A model generated the notes under the pieces. That model did not search any database. It had not been told where the DNA came from and saw only the letters and a list, made by a program, of their open reading frames with translations. A program made the translations under genes and the position numbers. DNA of 32,000 nt from Schaalia meyeri (GTDB lineage Bacteria; Actinomycetota; Actinomycetes; Actinomycetales; Actinomycetaceae). The DNA is taken from contig NZ_FNLK01000005.1 of the NCBI RefSeq assembly GCF_900105015.1, positions 240,001 to 272,000 on the forward strand. Reading direction: 5' to 3'. Positions 24,495 through 32,000 of this stretch are shown here, one piece after another; position 1 is the stretch's first letter; every line of letters begins with the position of its first letter.

Positions 24495-25536
24495 CGTCGC
24501 CGCCCTCTCGCCCCGCGCGCGCCCACGTATCAGCCTGTGCAACCACGTCGCGACGCACCTTGCGGACCTTCTTCACGGAGTTTACCCGTTGGCCAACCTT
24601 TTCAAGCGTCCAGTCCGTTTCCTCATCCCACGCGCCCCCCAGGCCCTCGGCTGCCTTCGCGGGCCGGGTCGAACGCTGTTGGGGGGAAACGCCCGAGGCC
24701 AGCAAGCGGCTAACGACGAGGAAGCCCGTGTGCGCCACCATGCGGTGTTCGGGACGCACGGCTAGGCCGTCGAGATGCCACTGACGGCGCATGTCTTCCC
24801 ACGCGATCGGGTCCGTGAAGCGCTTCGACGCGCGCAGTTCCTCCACCAGCCGCGACATCTGCGTCACCGTGGCCACGTAGCAGACAAGCACTCCACCGGG
24901 GATCAGGGCGCGGGTGATCGCCTCGATGTTTTCCCAGGGGGCCAGCATGTCGAGCACGACGCGATCGACGCTGCCCGGATCGACGGCTGCGAGCACATCA
25001 CCTACGTCGCCAACTCGCAGATCCCAGGCGGGGTGTCGGCGCCCGAACCACAGGTCGACGTTCGCCGCGGCGATGTCCGCGAAATCCTGACGCCGCTCGA
25101 CTGAGATCAGAGTGCCGCCCGGCCCCACGGCGTCCAGGAGCGCCATCGACAGCGCGCCCGAGCCCGCCCCGGCCTCAACAACCGTCGCCCCGGGAAAGAT
25201 GTCTCCCATGTGCGTGATGACGCCGGCATCCTTCGGATAGACGACAGCCGCTCCGCGGGGCATCGACATCACGTAATCCACCTGGAGGGGACGCAGGATC
25301 TGAAACTGACGCCCCTCGTCGGTGACGATCACCTGACCGTCGGGGGCTCCGATCACGTCGTCGTGGTTAAAACCGCCGCGGTTGGACTGGAACCTGCCGC
25401 CACGCACCAGAATCACCTGGTGGAAACGCCCCTTGGGGTCGCGTACCTGGACGCGATCTCCCTCGGTGAGAGGGCCCCGACGGGTGGGTTGGCCACATGC
25501 GTTGACGCTATCCGACTGATTACGCTGAATGCTCAT
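24487..25536 (-). CDS. trmI: tRNA (adenine58-N1)-methyltransferase TrmI with a basic/acidic C-terminal extension
   Basis: GPLTEGDRVQVRDPKGRFHQVILVRGGRFQSNRGGFNHDDVIG, then the SAM-binding VVEAGAGSGALSMALL and DRVVLDMLAPWE. The ATG at 25536 is preferred over the track start at 25653. It sits next to arc, as for Rv2118c in M. tuberculosis. Confidence 0.85.
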   Translation of the reverse strand: MSIQRNQSDSVNACGQPTRRGPLTEGDRVQVRDPKGRFHQVILVRGGRFQSNRGGFNHDDVIGAPDGQVIVTDEGRQFQILRPLQVDYVMSMPRGAAVVYPKDAGVITHMGDIFPGATVVEAGAGSGALSMALLDAVGPGGTLISVERRQDFADIAAANVDLWFGRRHPAWDLRVGDVGDVLAAVDPGSVDRVVLDMLAPWENIEAITRALIPGGVLVCYVATVTQMSRLVEELRASKRFTDPIAWEDMRRQWHLDGLAVRPEHRMVAHTGFLVVSRLLASGVSPQQRSTRPAKAAEGLGGAWDEETDWTLEKVGQRVNSVKKVRKVRRDVVAQADTWARAGREGGDDE

Positions 25537-25585
25537 TACGTAAAGGATAGCGCCTGGGCACAGCTGAGCCCACGGCAGGACACAG

Positions 25586-26470
25586 ATGCACACGAGAGGG
25601 GTTAGCGTGGTATTCATGACAGACCTGATCGCCCCCTCCCCCGATACGCGCACGTGGGATCCCGCTTTATCGGCCTCGCGGGCGAAGGAGTACGAGCGTT
25701 GTCCGCTGCAGTATCGCCTGCACGTGCTGGACGGCTACCGGGAGCCGGAGAGCCGCGCAAAGGCACTGGGAACCGTCGTGCATGCGGTCCTTGAGAACCT
25801 CTTCGCGCTGCCGCCGAAGCAGCGCACGCCATCTGCCGCGCGCTCACAGGTGGCCCCCCAGTTCGAGGCGTTGGCGGAGAAGAACCCCGGCGTCAGGCAG
25901 CTTTTCGTCGATGACACGGACCGGGAAGCCTGGCTGGAGGACGCACGCGGCGTCATTGACGGGTATTTCGCGATCGAGCAACCCCAGTGGATCGCGCCTG
26001 CCGCCCGCGAGCAGCGCGTGACGACGACCACCGAGGGAGGGGTGCGGCTGCTCGGATTCATCGACCGCATCGATCGCGCGCCCGATGGACGTCTGCGGGT
26101 CGTCGATTACAAGACGGGAAAGGCTCCCTCTCCCCGATATGTGGACGAGGCGCTATACCAGATGCGCTTTTATGCCCTGCTGTTGGCGCGCACGCAGGTC
26201 CTGCCCTCGCGCATGCAGCTCGTCTACCTGCGTGCGGGCCAGGTCCTCACGCTGGATCCTGCCCCCGAGGATATCCGACAGTTCGAGCATCACATCGACC
26301 AGCTCTGGAGCCGTATCGAGCACAATATCGCGAACGATTCCTTCGAGCCCCGCAAAAATCCCCTGTGTAACTGGTGCGGAGTACGTTCGCTGTGCCCCGT
26401 GTTTGGCGGCACCACTCCCCCGATGCCGACGCAGCACGCCCGGTGGCTCGCGCGGACTCGGCTAGGCTAG
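25586..26470 (+). CDS. RecB-family PD-(D/E)XK nuclease with a Cas4-like four-cysteine cluster
   Basis: 294 aa. It has an N-terminal YERCPLQYRL, the nuclease core (GFIDRID...LRVVDYKTGK...QMRFYALL), and a C-terminal CNWCGVRSLC. The start is uncertain: ATG 25586, GTG 25607 and ATG 25616 are all in frame. It is divergent from trmI. Confidence 0.75.
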   Translation: MHTRGVSVVFMTDLIAPSPDTRTWDPALSASRAKEYERCPLQYRLHVLDGYREPESRAKALGTVVHAVLENLFALPPKQRTPSAARSQVAPQFEALAEKNPGVRQLFVDDTDREAWLEDARGVIDGYFAIEQPQWIAPAAREQRVTTTTEGGVRLLGFIDRIDRAPDGRLRVVDYKTGKAPSPRYVDEALYQMRFYALLLARTQVLPSRMQLVYLRAGQVLTLDPAPEDIRQFEHHIDQLWSRIEHNIANDSFEPRKNPLCNWCGVRSLCPVFGGTTPPMPTQHARWLARTRLG

Positions 26471-26474
26471 AGGC

Positions 26475-27407
26475 ATGGATCTAAACCAATGCGGTCGTAG
26501 CGGCTTCTACCTCTCGGCGATCGGCCTGGGCACGCTCACGTGGGGGCGTGACACAGATGGTCCCGAGGCCCTCGAGATGCTCACGCATTTCGTCGACGCG
26601 GGAGGTAACTTCGTTGAGTGTTCGGCCTCCCACGGCGACGGCATGGCTGTTGACGTCCTATCCGAGGCGATGACCTCCGTGGGCCGCCACCGTGTGGTTG
26701 TCGCGTGGCGCGGTGGCGTGCGCCGCGCGGCGGATGGAAACTGGGTGGGCGCTGCGGGCCGGGGTGATCTCCTGCGAAGCTTGGACGACGCATTGGCGCG
26801 TCTGGATACCGACTACGTGGACGCCTGGATGGTGGAGCCTCGCGTAGATGTTCCCCTGGCAGAAACATTGGAGGCCGCCTCGCTGGCCTATCGGAGTGGT
26901 CGAGCCCGTTACGTCGGAGTGTCGCGGGCATCGCACTGGCAGTTGGCTGAGGCAGTGACGCGCGGCGAATTGGGGGCTTGTGCCCCGATTACGCTCGTGG
27001 AATTCCCCTTCTCGCTGGCGAATGCGGCATGCGCGAGGACCGTGTCGGAGCTTTCTGCTCGCGGCATCGGAGTGGTGGCAGCCTCAGCGTTGGCTGGCGG
27101 AGCGCTGACGGGTAAGTATCGTCATACGACGCCCGCCGACTCACGGGCGGCCTCACCCCATCTGCGTCACACGGTGGAACCCTACTTGGCAGGCCCCGCA
27201 CGCGCGGTCATTGAGGCTGCTTCGCGCGCGGGGGCTGGCTTGGAGCGTTCGACGGGCGACGTCGCTTTGGCATGGGTGCGCGATTACCCCGGAGTGTCGA
27301 CCGCGCTCGTTGGCCCGCGCACGGTTCGTCAGCTTGATGCTTTGCTTGACTGCTCCGACCCGTTGCCGGCGCCGATTCGTCAGGTGCTCAGCGAGGTCGC
27401 GCAGTAG
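26475..27407 (+). CDS. aldo/keto reductase family oxidoreductase
   Basis: 310 aa. LSAIGLGTLTWG..., FVECSASHGDG, DYVDAWMVE and YVGVSRASHWQLAEA match the AKR fold pattern. Confidence 0.85.
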   Translation: MDLNQCGRSGFYLSAIGLGTLTWGRDTDGPEALEMLTHFVDAGGNFVECSASHGDGMAVDVLSEAMTSVGRHRVVVAWRGGVRRAADGNWVGAAGRGDLLRSLDDALARLDTDYVDAWMVEPRVDVPLAETLEAASLAYRSGRARYVGVSRASHWQLAEAVTRGELGACAPITLVEFPFSLANAACARTVSELSARGIGVVAASALAGGALTGKYRHTTPADSRAASPHLRHTVEPYLAGPARAVIEAASRAGAGLERSTGDVALAWVRDYPGVSTALVGPRTVRQLDALLDCSDPLPAPIRQVLSEVAQ

Positions 27408-27457
27408 TTTTTGCCGTAGCTTCCGCAACCTGGGCGAATTCGACCGCGTATCGAAGA

Positions 27458-27495
27458 ACGCTGAGGGCCCGAACCGGCTGGTTCGGGCCCTCAGC
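27458..27495. terminator. GC-rich hairpin between convergent genes (possible bidirectional terminator)
   Basis: CTGAGGGCCCGAACC-GGCT-GGTTCGGGCCCTCAG is a perfect 15-bp stem, extendable to 17 bp. It lies between the AKR stop (27407) and the stop of the acidic ORF (27522). There is no clear U-tract on either side. Confidence 0.5.
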
Positions 27496-27521
27496 GGTAC
27501 GCGAAAAGATCCGCGTGGGAT

Positions 27522-27806
27522 TCAGTCATCCACTTCGACGAAATCGTCATCGTCGTCTGCGTCTTCCTGGTCGTAGTCCTCGCCGTCCTCGTCGGAGTCA
27601 TCGAGAATGTCGAAGGGCAGTTCAACACCCAGCTGGGTAAAGAGAATGTCGTCGTAGGTAAAGAAGGCGTCGCGCAGCGCCAGTTCAGCCGCCTCGAGCG
27701 CGGCATCGTCGGCCTCGTCTCCATCGCGGGCGATGTCAAAATGATTCTCGAACGCGTTCAGCAGGCGCGTCAGCGCGCGGCGGGCATCTCCAGTCATGCC
27801 GCCCAT
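27522..27806 (-). CDS. small highly acidic hypothetical protein
   Basis: 94 aa. A helical N-half (ARRALTRLLNAFENHFDIARDG...) is followed by a D/E-rich tail (ILDDSDEDGEDYDQEDADDDDDFVEVDD). GC3-rich codon usage is consistent with coding. I do not recognise a family. Confidence 0.5.
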   Translation of the reverse strand: MGGMTGDARRALTRLLNAFENHFDIARDGDEADDAALEAAELALRDAFFTYDDILFTQLGVELPFDILDDSDEDGEDYDQEDADDDDDFVEVDD

Positions 27807-27830
27807 TCTACCGTGAGAACACGCACTTTA

Positions 27831-28928
27831 TCAGGGCAGGTTGAGCTGTGAACGAATGACGGACACCATCAGGTCGGTTCCTTTGATTTCCGCGGTCTGA
27901 TCCGCACCCAAAATACGGGTCTGGCCGTCCGCGTCAAGCAGCTGTGAGGCGCCCATGTTGGGCCCCAGCGGCAGGATGACCCATTCCTTGGTCGGCTCGT
28001 AGGTGACGACGGGAGTTTCCCCCTCGATCTGAGCCGAAATATTCGCAATAACGACGCGTGCCTGTTGGCGCGCCGCGTCAGCACGCTTGGATTCACGCAC
28101 ATCCGTGAGATCGCCGACTGCGTAGACGTTGGAGTGGTTGATGACCTGCATGGTCCCCTCCACGCGAATCGTTCCGTCTGGGTGCATGGCGGACTCGTAC
28201 TCGCTACCGATGAGGAAACCGGTGTTCGCGCGAGCACCATAGCACTGGAACCACAGATCCGCCTCGATAACATCGCCGTTCTTGGTTGTGACCATAAAGT
28301 GAGCCAGATCTCCGACGTTCTGCGGAGGCAGGTAGGCGAGCTCGGAACCGGTGACGACGCGCACGCCGAGAGCCGCCAGCTGCTCGCCAATCTCGTCGCG
28401 AAGCACATCGGTGTAGCCGGGAGTGCCCAGGATCCGATCCGTGGCCTCGACGATCGTGATGTCCAGTCCGGGGAACGCGTTCGCGAGCTCACCCGTCAGC
28501 TCGATGCCGACGGTTCCGCCGCCGACGATCATGACGGAGCGCGCACGAGCGAGATTCTCGTGCAGCTGCTCAAGGCGCGCCTTGGCCACGGAGGAACGGA
28601 AGGAAGAGTACTTGGCCGGGAATGGGTAAGTCGAGCCCGTCGCAAAGACAACGTAATCGGCCTCGATCGGATCGCGGCCGAACACGTGGACGGTCGTGCC
28701 GTCAACGCGCGAAACGGTGCCGTGAACGACCTCCCCACGGCTCAGAAGGTTGGTGTAGGGCATGAAGATGGCTTGCTCCCACACGGTGTCGACCGCGGCG
28801 CGCAGAGCTGCCGCGTGGTGGACGAACTGATCCTTCTGTTCGATGAGGATGACGTCCGCCAGGGGGTCAAGTCCCTTGGCGACCGTGACGCCTCCATATC
28901 CTCCCCCGATGACTGCGACCCGTGCCAT
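27831..28928 (-). CDS. NAD(P)/FAD-dependent pyridine nucleotide-disulfide oxidoreductase (NDH-2/AIF-like)
   Basis: 365 aa with two Rossmann GxGxxG motifs (VAVIGGGYGGVTVA; VMIVGGGTVGIELTGELA) and the C-terminal YAVGDL motif. Confidence 0.8.
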   Translation of the reverse strand: MARVAVIGGGYGGVTVAKGLDPLADVILIEQKDQFVHHAAALRAAVDTVWEQAIFMPYTNLLSRGEVVHGTVSRVDGTTVHVFGRDPIEADYVVFATGSTYPFPAKYSSFRSSVAKARLEQLHENLARARSVMIVGGGTVGIELTGELANAFPGLDITIVEATDRILGTPGYTDVLRDEIGEQLAALGVRVVTGSELAYLPPQNVGDLAHFMVTTKNGDVIEADLWFQCYGARANTGFLIGSEYESAMHPDGTIRVEGTMQVINHSNVYAVGDLTDVRESKRADAARQQARVVIANISAQIEGETPVVTYEPTKEWVILPLGPNMGASQLLDADGQTRILGADQTAEIKGTDLMVSVIRSQLNLP

Positions 28929-28999
28929 GTCTTTCCTCCTTATGAGTCAGCCGCGTCTATTGTGGCATCTGATGGGCGCGAACGCGCGTGCTGGGGACA

Positions 29000-29515
29000 T
29001 TAGTCCGTGCTCGAGGTGGCCACAGGGTCCTCAAGCCCCAGCCCGCGAGCGATGTTCGGCGGAAAAAAGTTGGGGCCCTTGAGTACTTTTCCGTCCTCGC
29101 GGAGCTTAACGGAGCCGTCGGGCATCAGTTTGGATAGGTTGGAGGCCTGCACCTGGGCGAGAACCGCGTCCAAGTCAATTCCGGACTCAATCGCCATGCC
29201 GTAGATGACGTACACCAGATCCGCCATGGCATCCGCAGCCTCAACGAGATCGCGTTCCCCATCGTCTGCGGCCACCGCCTGGGCGGTCGCGGCCTCGATA
29301 ATCGCACGCGCCCGCTTACCGTAGATGGCGCCGATCAATTCCGCGAACTCTTCGGCGATGAGGCCGACGCGCATGCCCATTCGGTCGTAGGACAGGGTCG
29401 GGTCGTCGCAGGGGCGAATCGGAACGTCATAGGTTCGATGGAACTGCATGACCAGTTCCATGGGGCTCACTGACCTCGAAAAAGCGGGCGATGATGTGAT
29501 TGATTTGTCGCTCAT
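29000..29515 (-). CDS. MazG-like nucleoside triphosphate pyrophosphohydrolase family protein
   Basis: 171 aa. It shows all-alpha NTP-PPase hallmarks: RVGLIAEEFAELIGAI and DLVEAADAMADLVYVIYGMAIESGIDLDAV. The ATGA start overlaps the stop of the DsbA-like gene (29512-29515). Confidence 0.6.
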   Translation of the reverse strand: MSDKSITSSPAFSRSVSPMELVMQFHRTYDVPIRPCDDPTLSYDRMGMRVGLIAEEFAELIGAIYGKRARAIIEAATAQAVAADDGERDLVEAADAMADLVYVIYGMAIESGIDLDAVLAQVQASNLSKLMPDGSVKLREDGKVLKGPNFFPPNIARGLGLEDPVATSSTD

Positions 29516-30195
29516 GGGCGATCCTTTCTCGCGTTATCCCAGGCCGTCGCCAGGATGGTAGAAAATGCGGTGATTGTGTGGTGCCCCTCAACGAGGAACT
29601 GCCCATCGAGGATGTAGGTGGGGACGGTGTTGACGCCCGCGTGCATGGCCAGCTGGAAATCGGAGTAGACGCGCGAGGCCCATTCCTCGTCGCTGACGGC
29701 CTGTGCGGCAAGATGCCCGGACATGCCGACATCCTGCGCGCATCCGATCAGCACGTCGGGGTCGGAGATGTCGAGTCCCATCGTCAAGTGCGCGCGCATG
29801 ATCGCCTCGGCCACCTTGAGCTGCAACGAGGACGGGCCTCCAACGGTATCCGCGTTGATGTCGGCGTCGTGTGCGGCCGCAATAACCCGGTGCGCGCGGG
29901 ACGTGGGAGCAATGATCAACGAATCGAAGTCAAAGCGAATGCCCTCGCTCGCACCCAGCGCGCACATGCGTTTGTCGGCCGCACGAACCTCTTCGAGGGT
30001 GGCCGCGCCGGATTCTACGAGGGCCACCACGCGCGGCTCCTCAATGGCGGCATCGAGATCCGGGTCGAGCAGGAATGCGTGCAGGTAGACCTCGGTCGCA
30101 TCGCCGTGATCGAAACGCTCGAGGGCTGCGCGCAGGTGACGCAGACCCAGGTAGCTCCACGGATCGCAGGTGTCGAGCCACATGTCTATACGCAC
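29512..30195 (-). CDS. DsbA/FrnE-family thioredoxin-fold protein lacking the CXXC active site
   Basis: 227 aa, with AGGAGG upstream. The N-terminus IDMWLDTCDPWSYLG aligns with the family consensus I-x-W-S-D-x-x-CPWC-Y-I-G, but CPWC is replaced by DPWS. The C-terminal GVNTVPTYILDGQFLVEG is family-typical. Confidence 0.7.
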   Translation of the reverse strand: MRIDMWLDTCDPWSYLGLRHLRAALERFDHGDATEVYLHAFLLDPDLDAAIEEPRVVALVESGAATLEEVRAADKRMCALGASEGIRFDFDSLIIAPTSRAHRVIAAAHDADINADTVGGPSSLQLKVAEAIMRAHLTMGLDISDPDVLIGCAQDVGMSGHLAAQAVSDEEWASRVYSDFQLAMHAGVNTVPTYILDGQFLVEGHHTITAFSTILATAWDNARKDRP

Positions 30196-30216
30196 GGCGC
30201 CTCCTAGTCATGCACG

Positions 30217-30246
30217 GAAAACCCCGGGGCCTTGGGGCCCCGGGGT
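30217..30246 (-). terminator. Rho-independent terminator downstream of tRNA-Leu
   Basis: The minus strand reads ACCCCGGGGCC-CCAA-GGCCCCGGGGT followed by TTTCC. It has an 11-bp GC-rich stem and begins 7 nt after the tRNA 3' end. Confidence 0.6.
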
Positions 30247-30252
30247 GTCTCG

Positions 30253-30339
30253 TGCGCGGAGGGGGACTTGAACCCCCACCCTCGTAAAATGAGGACTAGC
30301 ACCTCAAGCTAGCGCGTCTGCCTATTCCGCCACCCGCGC
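30253..30339 (-). tRNA. tRNA-Leu (anticodon GAG), 87 nt, no encoded CCA
   Basis: The minus strand reads GCGCGGGTGGCGGAATAGGCAGACGCGCTAGCTTGAGGTGCTAGTCCTCATTTTACGAGGGTGGGGGTTCAAGTCCCCCTCCGCGCA. It has a 7-bp acceptor stem, an anticodon stem CTAGC/GCTAG with loop TTGAGGT, a long variable arm and a GGTTCAAGTCC T-loop. Confidence 0.9.
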
Positions 30340-30418
30340 AGGTCAGCGACGCGAACCGTTGTGATCCGCAAGCGGATAGAAGCCTAGCACGACCTGGTCA
30401 CCATACGCCAATCGAAAG

Positions 30419-30907
30419 CTAGGTGTCCTTCCGATCACCGCGCAGGCGAGAATCGAGGGTCGAAAATACCTGTGCAATCGAGTCGATATCTTCGTCGGTC
30501 ATGCCGTCCAAAAGGTATTCGCTGACCGTTTGCTGATGCAGCTCTGTGGCAGCAAGCACAGTCTCGACCCCCTGTGTCGTCAGGCACGCATCATATCCTC
30601 GGCGATCCGTCTGAGAGGGGATGCGCTCCACCCAGCCATCGCGGGACAGGTTTGAAACCAGGTACGTAACGCGCGAGGGCGAATAGACAACCTGATCTGC
30701 GAGCTCGCCCATGCGCAAACGATGCCCCGGGGCCTCCCACAGGGCGAGGAGGATGTTGTAGTCGGGCATGGACACCCCGTACGTGCGCTTCAGGCGCGTC
30801 TCTAGGATCCCCTGCAGGCGACCGGACGCCTCGAAGAAGACCCGCCACGCGGCTGCACGCGCATTATTGGCCTGATCAATCGGCGTGAGCCGCGCTCGTA
30901 ATTCCAT
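30419..30907 (-). CDS. MarR family transcriptional regulator
   Basis: 162 aa. It has a winged-HTH core (PDYNILLALWEAPGHRLRMGELADQVVYSPSRVTYLVSNLSRDGWVERIPSQTDRRG). It is divergent from the HAD hydrolase gene. Confidence 0.85.
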   Translation of the reverse strand: MELRARLTPIDQANNARAAAWRVFFEASGRLQGILETRLKRTYGVSMPDYNILLALWEAPGHRLRMGELADQVVYSPSRVTYLVSNLSRDGWVERIPSQTDRRGYDACLTTQGVETVLAATELHQQTVSEYLLDGMTDEDIDSIAQVFSTLDSRLRGDRKDT

Positions 30908-30958
30908 ATCCCCTCCTTCTGGTCGTTTCGGATGCTCTTCTCGGGATAATAGGGCATA

Positions 30959-31666
30959 GTGACTAAGAAAGCACCAACAACGTGGGGGATTTCAGTGTCT
31001 TTGAGCATTTCCGTTGTCCTTTTTGATGTCGATGGAACGATCGTCGATTCCGCTCCTGCCGTGATGCACGCTTTTCGTCGCACATTGTCAGACTTCGATC
31101 TTCCCATCCCCGACGACCGGCGCCTGCGCACCTACGTCGGCCCTCCCCTGTGGCATTCTTTTGCCGACCTGGGCTACTCGGGCACGCTCCTTGCCGACCT
31201 CGTGGCCGGTTACCGCCGCAGGTATATGGATCATTATCTGGATCCCCAGCCCTTCGCGGGTATCCCCTCCTTGCTGTGGGATCTCAGCAGGGAGGGGATA
31301 CCACTTGCGACTGCGACATCGAAGCAGGCGCCAATGGCGTTGGCGCAAATGAAACACCTGGGGCTTTCCGGAGCGTTCAGTGTGATTGCGGGCGCGACTC
31401 CCGACCCTTCTTCGACGAAGGCGACCGTCATTCACGAGGCGTTGGCACGGCTGGCTGAGCTGGGCACGGATGTGTCGCATCCACTGATCGTCGGAGACTC
31501 CGTGTGGGACGTGCGCGGAGCACACGAGGCCGGTATCCCCGTCGTCGGAGTGGGATGGGGGTATGCGACCGAAGATGGCCTGGATGACGCGGACGCTGTG
31601 TGTCAGACGGTTGAGGACCTTCGCACCTTCCTGCTCGCAGGGGCCGCGAGGAAACCATTCGACTGA
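30959..31666 (+). CDS. HAD-superfamily hydrolase (phosphoglycolate phosphatase-like)
   Basis: It has motif I (VVLFDVDGTIVDS), motif II (ATATSK) and motif IV (IVGDSVWDVRGAHEAG). The exact start is uncertain. Confidence 0.8.
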   Translation: MTKKAPTTWGISVSLSISVVLFDVDGTIVDSAPAVMHAFRRTLSDFDLPIPDDRRLRTYVGPPLWHSFADLGYSGTLLADLVAGYRRRYMDHYLDPQPFAGIPSLLWDLSREGIPLATATSKQAPMALAQMKHLGLSGAFSVIAGATPDPSSTKATVIHEALARLAELGTDVSHPLIVGDSVWDVRGAHEAGIPVVGVGWGYATEDGLDDADAVCQTVEDLRTFLLAGAARKPFD

Positions 31667-31672
31667 CGTCTC

Positions 31673-32000
31673 CTAGCGGAAGGCTCGGGAGCGCTCCTCG
31701 ACCGGGAGATTGACGGACGTCAGGCGGAAGGCTCGAATGCTGATCGCGCCGTCCCATTCGAGTCTCCCCCGAACGAGCAGCGCCGCTGATTCGAGGCTCA
31801 CGCGGCGAAACTTTTCCCATGCTCCAACGGGGACGGAAACGTTTACGAACCCGGTTTCATCTTCCACAGATAAGAACGTGACGCCCCTACCCGTGTGAGG
31901 TTGCTGGCGGTGAGTAACCATTCCGGCCACATCGACAATTCTGCCATCCAGGTGTCGCCCCAGATCGGATGCCCTCAGTGTTCCCGGGGGCAGGGTGCTC
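31673..32000 (-). CDS. dnaE2: error-prone DNA polymerase III alpha subunit DnaE2 (ImuC), C-terminal OB-fold end only; 5' part lies outside the window
   Basis: The frame is open to the window edge. ...VDVAGMVTHRQQPHTGRGVTFLSVEDETGFVNVSVPVGAWEKFRRVSLESAALLVRGRLEWDG... matches the conserved DnaE2 C-terminus (VTHRQRPxTAxGVTFLxLEDETGxVNV). Confidence 0.75.
   Translation of the reverse strand, partial: STLPPGTLRASDLGRHLDGRIVDVAGMVTHRQQPHTGRGVTFLSVEDETGFVNVSVPVGAWEKFRRVSLESAALLVRGRLEWDGAISIRAFRLTSVNLPVEERSRAFR

Noticed and set aside
27522-30339. The idea that the genes 3' of tRNA-Leu (DsbA-like, MazG-like, oxidoreductase, acidic protein) form a tRNA-integrated island.
   Set aside because: I see no integrase, no direct repeat of the tRNA 3' end, and no compositional break by eye. 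The genes are ordinary housekeeping-type enzymes.
1-32000. Looked for CRISPR arrays, IS elements or transposase fragments, integrases, toxin-antitoxin pairs, rRNA genes and known defence-system signatures.
   Set aside because: I found no regularly spaced repeats, no transposase or integrase-like ORFs and no rRNA-like sequence by reading both strands. A by-eye scan cannot exclude short or highly divergent elements.

Overview
GC-rich actinobacterial (Actinomycetaceae-like) core chromosome, with almost every gene on the minus strand. The backbone order matches the Mycobacterium/Corynebacterium core as I recall it: rpe-rsmB-fmt-priA ... metK-coaBC-rpoZ-gmk-mihF ... pyrR ... nusB-efp ... aroB-aroK-aroC ... 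pafA-pup-dop-arc-trmI. It is followed by a RecB-like nuclease, an aldo/keto reductase, several oxidoreductases, tRNA-Leu(GAG), MarR, a HAD hydrolase and the 3' end of dnaE2. I found no CRISPR array, IS element, prophage or recognisable defence, toxin or secondary-metabolite cluster, so I cannot point to a clearly novel multi-gene system. What stands out is what differs from the conserved backbone. (1) An FMN (RFN) riboswitch drives an ATPase-less ThiY/NMT1-type ABC binding protein plus permease, in the slot after rpe where the rib operon usually sits. (2) pyrB-pyrC-carA-carB is absent between pyrR and mihF, and only a decayed pyrF tail remains. (3) A decayed sugar-phosphate MFS transporter plus IMPase-like operon sits beside a 40-nt AT-rich palindrome. 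(4) fmt is frameshifted in a G6 homopolymer. (5) The pupylation locus arc-dop-pup-pafA has no prcBA proteasome genes; pup is 58 aa and missing from the ORF track. (6) A divergent shikimate-kinase paralog occupies the slot where aroQ normally sits. (7) A DsbA-fold protein has lost both CXXC cysteines. Together these suggest a metabolically streamlined, probably host-associated actinobacterium. All family assignments come from reading motifs by eye, not from searches.
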